A DNA stretch of 26,371 bases from Promethearchaeota archaeon (GCA_019057795.1 JAHLWS010000076.1:1-26371), one strand, 5' to 3'; counted from the stretch's first letter, positions 8,802 through 17,418 are shown. The notes: generated from the letters alone by a model not told the origin. A program made the numbers and translations.

Positions 8802-10385
8802 GTGAAAGAGATGAAAACAGTAAAGTTTATTCACATAGCGGACCTTCATCTTGGAAAAAGGCAATATAACCTTTCCGAGAGGTATAACGATTATTTTCGC
8901 GCGTTTAAATGGATGTTAAACTTTGCTTTTAACGAGGAGGTAGATTTTTTGTTAATTGCAGGAGATATCTTTGATCATAAAAATATAGGCCCCTCTGTGT
9001 TAAGCGAACTATTTCACATTATTCGAAATTTTAAAGACAAATGTTTCAAGAAATTAAACCGAAATATACCTTTAATATGCATTGAAGGTAATCACGATAA
9101 TCCAGTTTACTCAGAACATTCTTGGATGAGTTTTTTAGCCGATTTAGATTTGGTTGTTTTATTAGCAGGGGAATACAATAAAGAAACTAAAACTTTTAGA
9201 TTTGATCAGTATTCTGATAAAACTCATCGAGGCGGAATGATTGAAATAAACGATATGTGTATATATGGATTACCTTATTTTGGAAGTTTTACGTCCCAGT
9301 TATTTCCAGCAATTAAAAAGGCTATTCCTAAAAGCGAATCTAAATTCAACTTATTAATGATGCATTTTGGAATAGAAGGTCAAGATAAATCAAAGACGGG
9401 CGTTAAAATGACACAATCTCTTAATTTACTGCACGAAAATATCGATTATTTAGCGTTAGGTCATTTTCATAAGCAATACACCCTACCATCTGCAAATCCA
9501 TGGATATTTAACCCTGGAAGTTTAGAAACAAACGATTTATCTGAGCTTTCGTTTACACGAGGAGCTTTTATTGCCGAAATTTCAGGTAAAGAATATTACC
9601 AGCAACAAATAACTTCAATTGAATGCGATAACGGAGATATTGACCCTAGATTTATTCCTAATAGAAAGTTTATTTCTGTATCCTCAATAGATCTTGAAAA
9701 AACAGATAATTTTGATAAATCCATTGATTTAATTTTAACTAGACTTCAGAAGGGGGGTGTACCTTTACACGACACAAAACCCGTTGTGGAGAAAAGCGAT
9801 TTAAATTGTCCAATTGTTTTTTTTAGTATTAAAGGCGTAATAGGATATTCACGATTAGAAATTGATCTAAACAAACTTCGAAACGCAATTAAGAAAAAAT
9901 TCGCTATTTTAGACGTAAGAATATTTACAAAAGAACTATTTTCTAAAATCGATCAGTTACAAGTAGGATTAGACGAAATGACTATAGATGAGATAGAAAA
10001 AGAAGTTATATTCTCGATTATTGAAGAACACAGTCAATTTAATCCTATTAAGAGCGAAATTGTAGCTCTAATGGATGATATTAAAGCTCAACTTACTCAA
10101 AGGAAGCCGAACTATTTAGAATTAAAAGAGCAAATGACCGAATGGTGCATAGCAAATATTGATGGATTTAAAAGACCAAGCAAAATTGATGGCTTTATCG
10201 TAGAAGCAGAAGAGGAAAAAGAGGAAGCTCTGCAACGACTAATTAAAGAAAAACAAAAGGAAGACGAATCCTTGAAAGGGGAAAAAAGCGATGCGGAAAG
10301 TGAATTTAATCCGTTTGACGATTTTAATTTAGATTTAGACGATTACATTGACGATGGAAAAGAAGAGGAGGATAAAACCAAATGA
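8802..10385 (+). CDS. mre11: Mre11/SbcD DNA repair nuclease (calcineurin-like phosphoesterase) with acidic C-terminal tail
   Basis: All five motifs present: HIADLHLG, AGDIFD, EGNHD, MHFG, GHFH, plus PGS. The start could be the ATG at 8811. Confidence 0.93.
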   Translation: MKEMKTVKFIHIADLHLGKRQYNLSERYNDYFRAFKWMLNFAFNEEVDFLLIAGDIFDHKNIGPSVLSELFHIIRNFKDKCFKKLNRNIPLICIEGNHDNPVYSEHSWMSFLADLDLVVLLAGEYNKETKTFRFDQYSDKTHRGGMIEINDMCIYGLPYFGSFTSQLFPAIKKAIPKSESKFNLLMMHFGIEGQDKSKTGVKMTQSLNLLHENIDYLALGHFHKQYTLPSANPWIFNPGSLETNDLSELSFTRGAFIAEISGKEYYQQQITSIECDNGDIDPRFIPNRKFISVSSIDLEKTDNFDKSIDLILTRLQKGGVPLHDTKPVVEKSDLNCPIVFFSIKGVIGYSRLEIDLNKLRNAIKKKFAILDVRIFTKELFSKIDQLQVGLDEMTIDEIEKEVIFSIIEEHSQFNPIKSEIVALMDDIKAQLTQRKPNYLELKEQMTEWCIANIDGFKRPSKIDGFIVEAEEEKEEALQRLIKEKQKEDESLKGEKSDAESEFNPFDDFNLDLDDYIDDGKEEEDKTK

Positions 10386-13090
10386 TAATCACTAAGGTTG
10401 AATTAGAAAACATAACAACTCATAAGAAAACAGTTATAGAGTTTCAAGAAGGGCTTAACATATTAATTGGACAAAATGGTTCAGGAAAATCAACAGTATT
10501 AAATATGATTGGATATAATCTTTTCGATTTTTTGCCAGGGGTCCAAAAGGATTATTTACGGAACCAATCTCGCCCTCAACTTAAATTTGGAACTATAAGC
10601 GTATGGATTGTAGGTTTAAACGACGATCAGTTTATTGTAAAAAGAACTTTAGGAAAACAAAGTAATGATATAATAGTTTCAGATGCTCTCACAGGGTTTA
10701 CAATCTCAGGAGTAAACAATAAAACTAGTTTACAGCAGTGGTTAAAGAGACAAATTTCCTTAAAAGAAGGATTTGATTTAGCTCATGTGTTTAGAACTTC
10801 AATTGGAGTTCCACAAGGAACTTTTACCTCGCCATTTTTACAGACTCCGCAGCATCGAAAAACTTTTTTTGATCCTATTTTGCAAGTTGATATTTACAGA
10901 AAGATATGGAAAAACTTTTTAGAAGTTATTAAATTGATTTCCGAAGATATTCACATTCGCGAACTTAAAGCGAGCGAACTGAAAGGTATTCTTTCACAAT
11001 CGGACGATTTGAAAAAAGAAAATGAAGTAATCAAAAAAGAGATAGATACTTCAAAGAAAAAGGAAAACCAATTACAAATAGATTTAGCGACGACTACCAA
11101 AGAGTATAACGATCTTAAAAAACTAAAAGAACAACTTGAAAAATCAATTAATGCTTACGAAAAGCTTGAATTGAAACGAGAAAGCTTGAATCAAGCACAT
11201 AACCAAATTGATGACGATATTAAAGAAGCAGAAAAAGCTCGGGATATATGCATTAATACTAAAGATAGTTATCTTAAATATGATAATTTAATTCCCGAAG
11301 AAGCTCGCCTTCAAAAAATTAATCAAAATTTACAAGAATATAAAGCCGAAAAAATTGGTTTAGAACATCAATTAACTCTAATTAAAAGCTCCAATAAACA
11401 CATTGCTGAGCAAATTAAAAGCATTGAAGATTCACAAAAAGAATTTAAGATACTTAAGAAGGATTTTCAAAAATCGCAAGATTTTCAAATAGATATAGAA
11501 GACCTACAAAAAAAGATAACGACTATTGGGTCTCAAGAAGAGTTATTAGATGTAAAAGAAGACAATTATATAAAACTTAGTACAAGAATCGATGAAAAAG
11601 AAGGAAAAGTAGAAGAATTACCCGACTTAGAAAAAAAAGCTACGATGCTTGAAAGTCTACGGGACAAACTTCTAAAAATCGAACAACTAAACATAAAGCT
11701 TGAAACTGAAATCACGCAATTTGAGAAAAATAAAGAAGATTCAAAAGGAGGTAATTGTCCTATCTTAAAGACTAAATGTAAGAATTTTGACGGAGCAACG
11801 TTGGAGCAGCATTTTCAAAAATTGATCGTCGAAAACCAAAAAGCCTTGAAACCTATTTTAATCGAAAAAGTTAAGTTTAGCAGAGAAATTGAAAATTTAA
11901 AAAAACTTCAACCTGATTTAGAAAGTTTAAGGGAAATTGAAGTTGAAATTAAAACTTTAAAAGAACAGAGATTGCAAATAGGAAAAGATATTCAAGAATT
12001 ACAGGATATTGTCAAGGATAAACAAACAGAAGAGAAAAGACTAGCCGAATTAAAATCCAAAAAGTTAGCGTTAGAAAAAAAAGTGTCAAATTTCACGATT
12101 TTAAAACATAATATTGATGTGAATTTACCTAAGCTTTACACCCAATTAAAGGAGACGCAACAAGATTTACCTCCAATCGTCAAAAAGTTGAAGCCTGTTA
12201 TAGATAAAATGAAGGGTCTAGAAGATATACCAAATAAGATAAACTCAATTCAAGAAGAGATGAATAAAACTCGAAAAAGCCATTCAGAATATCAAGAGTC
12301 TATAAAAATAGCGGAGAAACTTCCTTCATTAACTAAAAGAATGAATCAAAACAAAAAAGAACAAATACAAATTGAAAAAAAAATAGAAAATGAAGTTTTG
12401 AATAAAAAGAAATTAGAGGACCAATTCGATAACGAGAAATTTCTAAATACTGAAAAGAAAAAAAACGAATTAAACGATTCAATTAAAGTAATAGAAGGCA
12501 CAATTAAAACTCATATGGAAAGAATTAGTGAAATTGATGCGAAATTCAAAATCTTAGACGTTAAAGAGCGGGAATTAAAGAATATAGAAGAAGATATAAC
12601 AAATTTAAGCGATATGAAACAATTTGCTGAGACTATGAGAATTTGGTATAACGAAATGGGACCTAAAATTACCGAAGCTCTACTATCGAAAATCAACGGT
12701 TTGGCCTCTGAAATTTATCGCGATTTAATGGACGCTGAAAACACTCAGCTATTATGGGAAAAAGATTACAATGTAAAAATTTTAACTTCTAATAGCGAAA
12801 AAAGTTTCCACCAATTATCTGGAGGAGAACAAATGGCTGCAGCATTAGCAGTTCGCCTTGCAATTCTTAAAGTTTTAACAAACGTAGATTTTGCTTTCTT
12901 TGACGAACCGACAATTAATTTAGACAAAGAGAGAAGGGTAAACTTAGCTAAATGTATTCAAAATATTAAAGGATTTAGGCAATTATTTGTAATTTCTCAC
13001 GATGACACTTTCGAAGAAAATGCTGAAAATATTATAAAATTTACAAAAGACGAGCGTGAGATAACAACTGTCCAATACTTCAGCAAATAA
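10382..13090 (+). CDS. rad50: Rad50/SbcC SMC-like ATPase
   Basis: Walker A GQNGSGKS, Q-loop PQG, long coiled coils, central CPILKTKC, signature LSGGE, Walker B FFDEPT, H-loop ISHD. ATGA overlap with the mre11 stop. Confidence 0.95.
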   Translation: MIITKVELENITTHKKTVIEFQEGLNILIGQNGSGKSTVLNMIGYNLFDFLPGVQKDYLRNQSRPQLKFGTISVWIVGLNDDQFIVKRTLGKQSNDIIVSDALTGFTISGVNNKTSLQQWLKRQISLKEGFDLAHVFRTSIGVPQGTFTSPFLQTPQHRKTFFDPILQVDIYRKIWKNFLEVIKLISEDIHIRELKASELKGILSQSDDLKKENEVIKKEIDTSKKKENQLQIDLATTTKEYNDLKKLKEQLEKSINAYEKLELKRESLNQAHNQIDDDIKEAEKARDICINTKDSYLKYDNLIPEEARLQKINQNLQEYKAEKIGLEHQLTLIKSSNKHIAEQIKSIEDSQKEFKILKKDFQKSQDFQIDIEDLQKKITTIGSQEELLDVKEDNYIKLSTRIDEKEGKVEELPDLEKKATMLESLRDKLLKIEQLNIKLETEITQFEKNKEDSKGGNCPILKTKCKNFDGATLEQHFQKLIVENQKALKPILIEKVKFSREIENLKKLQPDLESLREIEVEIKTLKEQRLQIGKDIQELQDIVKDKQTEEKRLAELKSKKLALEKKVSNFTILKHNIDVNLPKLYTQLKETQQDLPPIVKKLKPVIDKMKGLEDIPNKINSIQEEMNKTRKSHSEYQESIKIAEKLPSLTKRMNQNKKEQIQIEKKIENEVLNKKKLEDQFDNEKFLNTEKKKNELNDSIKVIEGTIKTHMERISEIDAKFKILDVKERELKNIEEDITNLSDMKQFAETMRIWYNEMGPKITEALLSKINGLASEIYRDLMDAENTQLLWEKDYNVKILTSNSEKSFHQLSGGEQMAAALAVRLAILKVLTNVDFAFFDEPTINLDKERRVNLAKCIQNIKGFRQLFVISHDDTFEENAENIIKFTKDEREITTVQYFSK

Positions 13091-13148
13091 TTAAAAAATT
13101 TTTAACTTTTTTTGAAAATCTATTAAACCTTTCATTAGCGCATTATTT
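13091..13148. terminator. T-rich junction between convergent rad50 and RNase HI genes
   Basis: TTTTTAACTTTTTTT directly after the rad50 stop; oligo-T termination is typical of archaea. Confidence 0.4.
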
Positions 13149-13589
13149 TTAGATTTTAAATCCTTCAGCATCCAATCGTTCATTACACAATTTATCGCAT
13201 TTAGTAATATAAGGATTATTCCTTCCCACATGAAAAAATTCCACCTTTTCGTATTTCTCGCACAACTTATAGACCTCGCCACACATTTTCGATAGGTGCG
13301 GATAGTTGATTTTCCATTTCTTATTGATTTGTTGTATTGCTAAGTTGCTATCAGAATACACTTGAATGTTCCCTCGTGAGAATCGTTCAGCAACTTTTAA
13401 TGCGTTAATTATAGCTATATACTCGGCAGTATTGTTTGTCGCAGTTCCAATAAAATCACATTCATTATGGATAATGTTATCATTATGAACGAATAGAAAT
13501 GCGCTAGCAGCGGGACCGGGATTACCGCGTGAAGCACCATCCACATAAATTTTAAGTTTGTCTCCTTTTTTAACTGGACTTCTATTCAT
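13149..13589 (-). CDS. rnhA: Ribonuclease HI family protein
   Basis: IYVDGASRGNPGPA, TNNTAEY, YSDS and final Asp (CDKLCN) give the complete DEDD set. Confidence 0.92.
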   Translation of the reverse strand: MNRSPVKKGDKLKIYVDGASRGNPGPAASAFLFVHNDNIIHNECDFIGTATNNTAEYIAIINALKVAERFSRGNIQVYSDSNLAIQQINKKWKINYPHLSKMCGEVYKLCEKYEKVEFFHVGRNNPYITKCDKLCNERLDAEGFKI

Positions 13590-13634
13590 AATAAATAGGA
13601 GGGTCTTTTTTAATTTAAATTTATAACAACCTTT

Positions 13635-13805
13635 TTAATAAACGATTTTGTATGGTGTGTTTGGTGTTAAGATTAGAAAAAAATTTAAAAAAAAATAAGA
13701 TTGAAATCTATCTTTTATCTCCTGACTAACTCTTATTTGAAGATGTTTATCTTTTTTGATTTTTGTATTGACTGTATTGACATTTTCTTGATCGCGTATC
13801 GACAT
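13635..13805 (-). pseudogene. Ribbon-helix-helix-like DNA-binding protein remnant
   Basis: KDKHLQIRVSQEIKDRF resembles an RHH beta strand plus helix A, then degenerates into T-rich sequence. AGGTGA SD-like motif lies upstream of the ATG at 13805. Confidence 0.4.
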
Positions 13806-13859
13806 TTTCTTGAATTCACCTTTAAAACATCCCATTTTTCAAACCTCTTTATTTTTGAA

Positions 13860-14216
13860 TTATATTCTTTCAATCATCTCTTTAATTATTGATCTATGAC
13901 AAAACCCAGGGTTTTCACAATAACAAACAAGAAAAACGGTTTTTTTTTCTGCTAAATTTTTTAAGTCTAATAGTTTTGAACAGGCATTTAGATTTGAATA
14001 GATTTCCTCCATGAACCTAATTTTAAATTCCTCGAAACCCATTTTAGGATTCTTGTTACCATTAGGTTTCTTGAAGATTCCTGCATCAATCAATAATTCT
14101 TTACTTGGAGCAAGAGCACTTTTAGAAGTATTCGTTATTACCTCGAAATGAGCATAAGGATACTTTCTCTTAAATTCCTTTAATTTTGCTAAATAACAGT
14201 CTATTCTAATTCTCAT
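13860..14216 (-). CDS. DUF488 family protein
   Basis: LAPS..LL and FLVCYCE..FCHRSII motifs typical of DUF488; GAGG SD upstream. Confidence 0.75.
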   Translation of the reverse strand: MRIRIDCYLAKLKEFKRKYPYAHFEVITNTSKSALAPSKELLIDAGIFKKPNGNKNPKMGFEEFKIRFMEEIYSNLNACSKLLDLKNLAEKKTVFLVCYCENPGFCHRSIIKEMIERI

Positions 14217-14750
14217 TTTATCTAAACCTCACAAATTATTCGTCCCAACTTTCCTCAATTAATCTAACAATAAAGTTCATAGTTTGGGGTACACACACTA
14301 ATTCTAAGAGTATCTCTGCCCTGAAATAATCGCCCGGTTTATCGTCAAAATGAAAATGAAAATACGCATAGAAATATCACCGAACATACTAAACTCCGTA
14401 ATTGAATTGTTCATCCCCCCATAATTAGACATTACATTAGCGGTATCGACATAAATGTCTTTATCCGCTATAGAGTATTTTTTTTCTCTTGTAATGCCCC
14501 ACCCTTTAGATAAAATAAAGATTGTCCCAATAAATCAATCTTAGAAAAAAGAAAATTGTCTTTTGGCTATAGTATTCTATAGATTTCGCCCTATCTCCCT
14601 ATTTTTCTTTAATCTTTTTTATTTAAGGTGCAATAGTTATTAAGAATTTTTTCTTTAAATACTTTTTTGTGATCATATATTTTGAATAATATATGTATTT
14701 ATAAAAATGTAGTTATAATCATAAATAAGGGACTCATTTATTAATTTCTT

Positions 14751-14774
14751 TGATCATATACTATTATAGGATCA
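14751..14774. promoter_or_regulatory. Imperfect 24-bp palindrome, candidate autoregulatory operator
   Basis: TGATCATATACTATTATAGGATCA matches its reverse complement at 20/24 positions. It lies between TATA-like TTTATTAA (14737-14744) and the ATG at 14781. The half-site TGATCATATA also occurs at 14670-14679. Confidence 0.55.
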
Positions 14775-14780
14775 TTTAAT

Positions 14781-15578
14781 ATGCAAGAAAAAAATTGCCA
14801 AATTGTACTGGTAGGACACACTTCTCATAAACTAATCCTATCGATTGATAAAGAAATAACTCATAAGCTCATTTTTATTACAGAAAGAGAGCCACTTCCA
14901 GGAACGCTTGAAGCTAAAAAGATATTAGAAGCACTAAATAAGTATTACGTGGACCGAAGAATTGAGGTGAAAAATGTAATGTTTGATTTTCACATTCAAA
15001 CTAAGCCTATCGCAGAATTAATCCACCTCATTTACCAACAGAAACTACTGAACTACGAGAACATTACTATAAACATATCCGGCGGTTTGCGGTACATGGA
15101 TATTTGGTTCTATATAGCGAGCTCGATTACAAATTCAAGAGTAATCCATGGTGATTTTATTTACGAAAAGAATGAAGAGGTGGGAATTTACTCAAATACC
15201 GATATGCAAACTATTCCATTTCAGTCTCTTACAGATAAACAATTTGAATTTTTAGCGCTCTTTTTTGGCGAATATAATAATTGGATTCACTTTTTTGACC
15301 CGGAATTATCTTTTAACGAAAATCTGTTATTGAATCAAAGGATAACATATCAATCCTTAGAAGAGTTAAAAGCCGCTATGGAAAAAGTAAGGAACGAGAC
15401 GATTTCAAGAGGCGCAATAAACGGTTTTATTCAAAAGTTATCTATAATTTCTGCGTTAAATGTGTATCCAAATCCAATTGATAAAAAAGAGAAATCCATC
15501 GAGATCAGTTATTTTGGTATAGCATATTTCCTCAATAGTTTGTTTCAGAAATATTTAATTAATAAACAAAAATCTTAA
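14781..15578 (+). CDS. CARF-like (DUF6293/Csa3-type) Rossmann domain plus C-terminal winged HTH regulator
   Basis: N-terminal IVLVGH strand, INISGGLR CARF motif, LTDKQFEFL linker helix, and HTH-like ISRGAINGFIQKL...IEISYFG wing. Confidence 0.7.
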   Translation: MQEKNCQIVLVGHTSHKLILSIDKEITHKLIFITEREPLPGTLEAKKILEALNKYYVDRRIEVKNVMFDFHIQTKPIAELIHLIYQQKLLNYENITINISGGLRYMDIWFYIASSITNSRVIHGDFIYEKNEEVGIYSNTDMQTIPFQSLTDKQFEFLALFFGEYNNWIHFFDPELSFNENLLLNQRITYQSLEELKAAMEKVRNETISRGAINGFIQKLSIISALNVYPNPIDKKEKSIEISYFGIAYFLNSLFQKYLINKQKS

Positions 15579-15602
15579 TTTTGGAAGGAGAGGACTCCAT
15601 TT

Positions 15603-15812
15603 TTATAATTTAGAGTCGTTATGGTTATGTCTTAACAACAGTATCATAAGCAGACCAATTCCAACCAGGAGTATGATAAGAGAGATTGGAATTATTTCAG
15701 ATAATCCTTCCAATATTCCAATTTGAATGACTCCAAGAGTTCCAAGCGAGAAAAACAAGAATCCGAAGAGCAAGATTATTTGACCATTAGAGATTTTCCA
15801 TTTGTTTTCTAT
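15603..15812 (-). CDS. Small two-TM membrane protein (69 aa) with ATA at the start position; possibly a pseudogene; not in the ORF track
   Basis: Open frame (I)ENKWKISNGQIILLFGFLFFSLGTLGVIQIGILEGLSEIIPISLIILLVGIGLLMILLLRHNHNDSKL*, preceded by AGGTGA 6 nt upstream and located downstream of the PAP2 gene. Confidence 0.5.
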   Translation of the reverse strand: MENKWKISNGQIILLFGFLFFSLGTLGVIQIGILEGLSEIIPISLIILLVGIGLLMILLLRHNHNDSKL

Positions 15813-15845
15813 ATTTTTTCACCTTTTTCAATGTTTTTTTACATT

Positions 15846-16799
15846 TCATAAATTAACTTTTTTAAAGATAGCAGGCCAAATAGCAATACCTAAGACGAGT
15901 GTTGTGATGTAATGAAGTGCGTTCATCCAGTAAATGTCAGTATCAATTAACAAATAAATTACTAAGTAAACCATAGCGATCAATAATATCCCGATAAGGA
16001 TGCGTATTATTACCTTCCATTTTTTATCAGCGTTTTTATTGACATCGAAATTTACAAATTTCTCTTCAAGGGCGAATCCTATACCAAGTCCAATCATTTG
16101 TCCACCGGGGGTTCCAAAATTATATTCAATTGGAAGAAAAGTTTCGGTAAGTAGCATTGTAACTAATCCTAGTATTGCTAGACCTAAATAGATAATTATA
16201 ATATTATGCCTACTTACAAAATTTTTGATTGGCGTTTCTAAAATTAAGATTACATTCAAAATTATAATTCCAAACAGCCATCCAGTAAGTACATCACCAA
16301 ACCAGTGGACTCCGAGATACATTCTTGATAATCCAACTAAAATAATGATAATGATGGATAAAATCCACATGATAGTCCTTCTGCTCTTGAGTGCTAGATA
16401 TCCCCAGAAAGCACTCGAACTCTGAGCATGGCCACTCGGGGTACTAAGATGTGAAGCGCCAATAAGGAGCCAATTTGATTCAGGAGGTCGTTCTCGTCCA
16501 ATAATGCTTTTTGCGTAGAAATTGACAAAATTTGATGCGACATATACTATTAATAGATTCTTGGCTAAATTCTTGTTTACGCCCCAAAATAGTATGAAGA
16601 AGATAGCTAAATAAATCAGAGTTCCACCAAATTCTGTAATAAATCTGAAAAAATAATCCGTATTGACAAATGTATTCCTCAATATTTCGTTCCAGATAAA
16701 ATTGAAAAAAGTTGGCACAATTAGTATTAAGCTAACTGATATTACACAGATGATTAAAATAAGAAGAGTGATGTACCTAAAACGCTTATTTTCTTCCAT
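15846..16799 (-). CDS. PAP2-family membrane lipid phosphate phosphatase
   Basis: KxxxxxxRP (KSIIGRERP), PSGH and SRMYLGVHWFGD motifs; multiple TM helices. Confidence 0.93.
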   Translation of the reverse strand: MEENKRFRYITLLILIICVISVSLILIVPTFFNFIWNEILRNTFVNTDYFFRFITEFGGTLIYLAIFFILFWGVNKNLAKNLLIVYVASNFVNFYAKSIIGRERPPESNWLLIGASHLSTPSGHAQSSSAFWGYLALKSRRTIMWILSIIIIILVGLSRMYLGVHWFGDVLTGWLFGIIILNVILILETPIKNFVSRHNIIIIYLGLAILGLVTMLLTETFLPIEYNFGTPGGQMIGLGIGFALEEKFVNFDVNKNADKKWKVIIRILIGILLIAMVYLVIYLLIDTDIYWMNALHYITTLVLGIAIWPAIFKKVNL

Positions 16800-16875
16800 T
16801 ACTTATCACTTAATTGATTTTGGGGTTTCATTTATTGTACGATTATAATACTTTATAGTATTTAAGTAACTATGA

Positions 16876-16956
16876 ATGGGTCATTCTTTTAATAAAGAAG
16901 CTCCAGAAGAAATAAATAAAATCATCTGGAATTTTCTACAAAAAGATGTTGATTAA
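16876..16956 (+). pseudogene. C-terminal remnant of an alpha/beta-hydrolase
   Basis: MGHSFNKEAPEEINKIIWNFL* matches the GH..E.P...N..I..FL end of alpha/beta hydrolases; no upstream body. Confidence 0.55.
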
Positions 16957-17063
16957 AAAATTAGGAAAATTACGCCAGTAGGTAGTGTTAGGAACTGAAT
17001 TAGTATTATCATGTAATAATTTTTTTTAAAAAAAATTTTCAAAATAAGAAATGAAGGAGATTT

Positions 17064-17268
17064 CTAAGATTTTGGTTTTAACCTGAATTTCATGCGATCC
17101 CCCACCTAAAATAATTTCTCCGTTAAAAATATCGCTGACACCTTTCAAATATAGTTCTTCAGTTGTTTTATTGGTCAATGGAGGCGTTATATGGACATAC
17201 ACAAGCTTTTTTACGCCTGCTTCTTTTGCTACTCTTGCTGCGACAACAGGATCCATGTGATAATTCTC
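17064..17268 (-). pseudogene. C-terminal remnant of an RNase Z-like metallo-beta-lactamase-fold protein, frameshifted
   Basis: YHMDPVVAARVAKEAGVKKLVYVH resembles the RNase Z C-terminal motifs. An in-frame stop lies just upstream. A G-run frameshift shifts the natural ending (GDRMKFRLKPKS*) to another frame. Confidence 0.65.
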
Positions 17269-17418
17269 TTAAGGTATTAAATAATCAATATAGAGGAGAA
17301 GATAGAAGAAAAGGGGTTAAAGGAAAAAAGCATTTTGATAATTTTGTAAAGTTTTAAATAGATCGTAATTGAAGTTAAATTATCTTTTAAAAAGATTATA
17401 AGAACGTGAATCTAATAA

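Noticed and set aside
10382-13090. Wadjet/MksBEF or Lamassu SMC defence system
   Set aside because: The partner is a clear Mre11 phosphoesterase; no kleisin/KITE, JetD or LmuA/LmuC-like genes are recognisable.
12511-13892. ORFs 12511-12696, 13091-13282 and 13701-13892
   Set aside because: They overlap rad50, rnhA or DUF488/RHH in other frames and have low-complexity composition.
2360-15578. CRISPR-Cas locus suggested by Cas4-like, HD and CARF domains
   Set aside because: There is no repeat-spacer array and no cas1, cas2, cas5, cas7 or cas10; the helicase is SF1, not Cas3-type SF2.
16000-17357. Plus-strand ORFs 16000-16191, 16225-16425, 16663-16848 and 17163-17357
   Set aside because: Antisense to PAP2 or to the RNase Z remnant.
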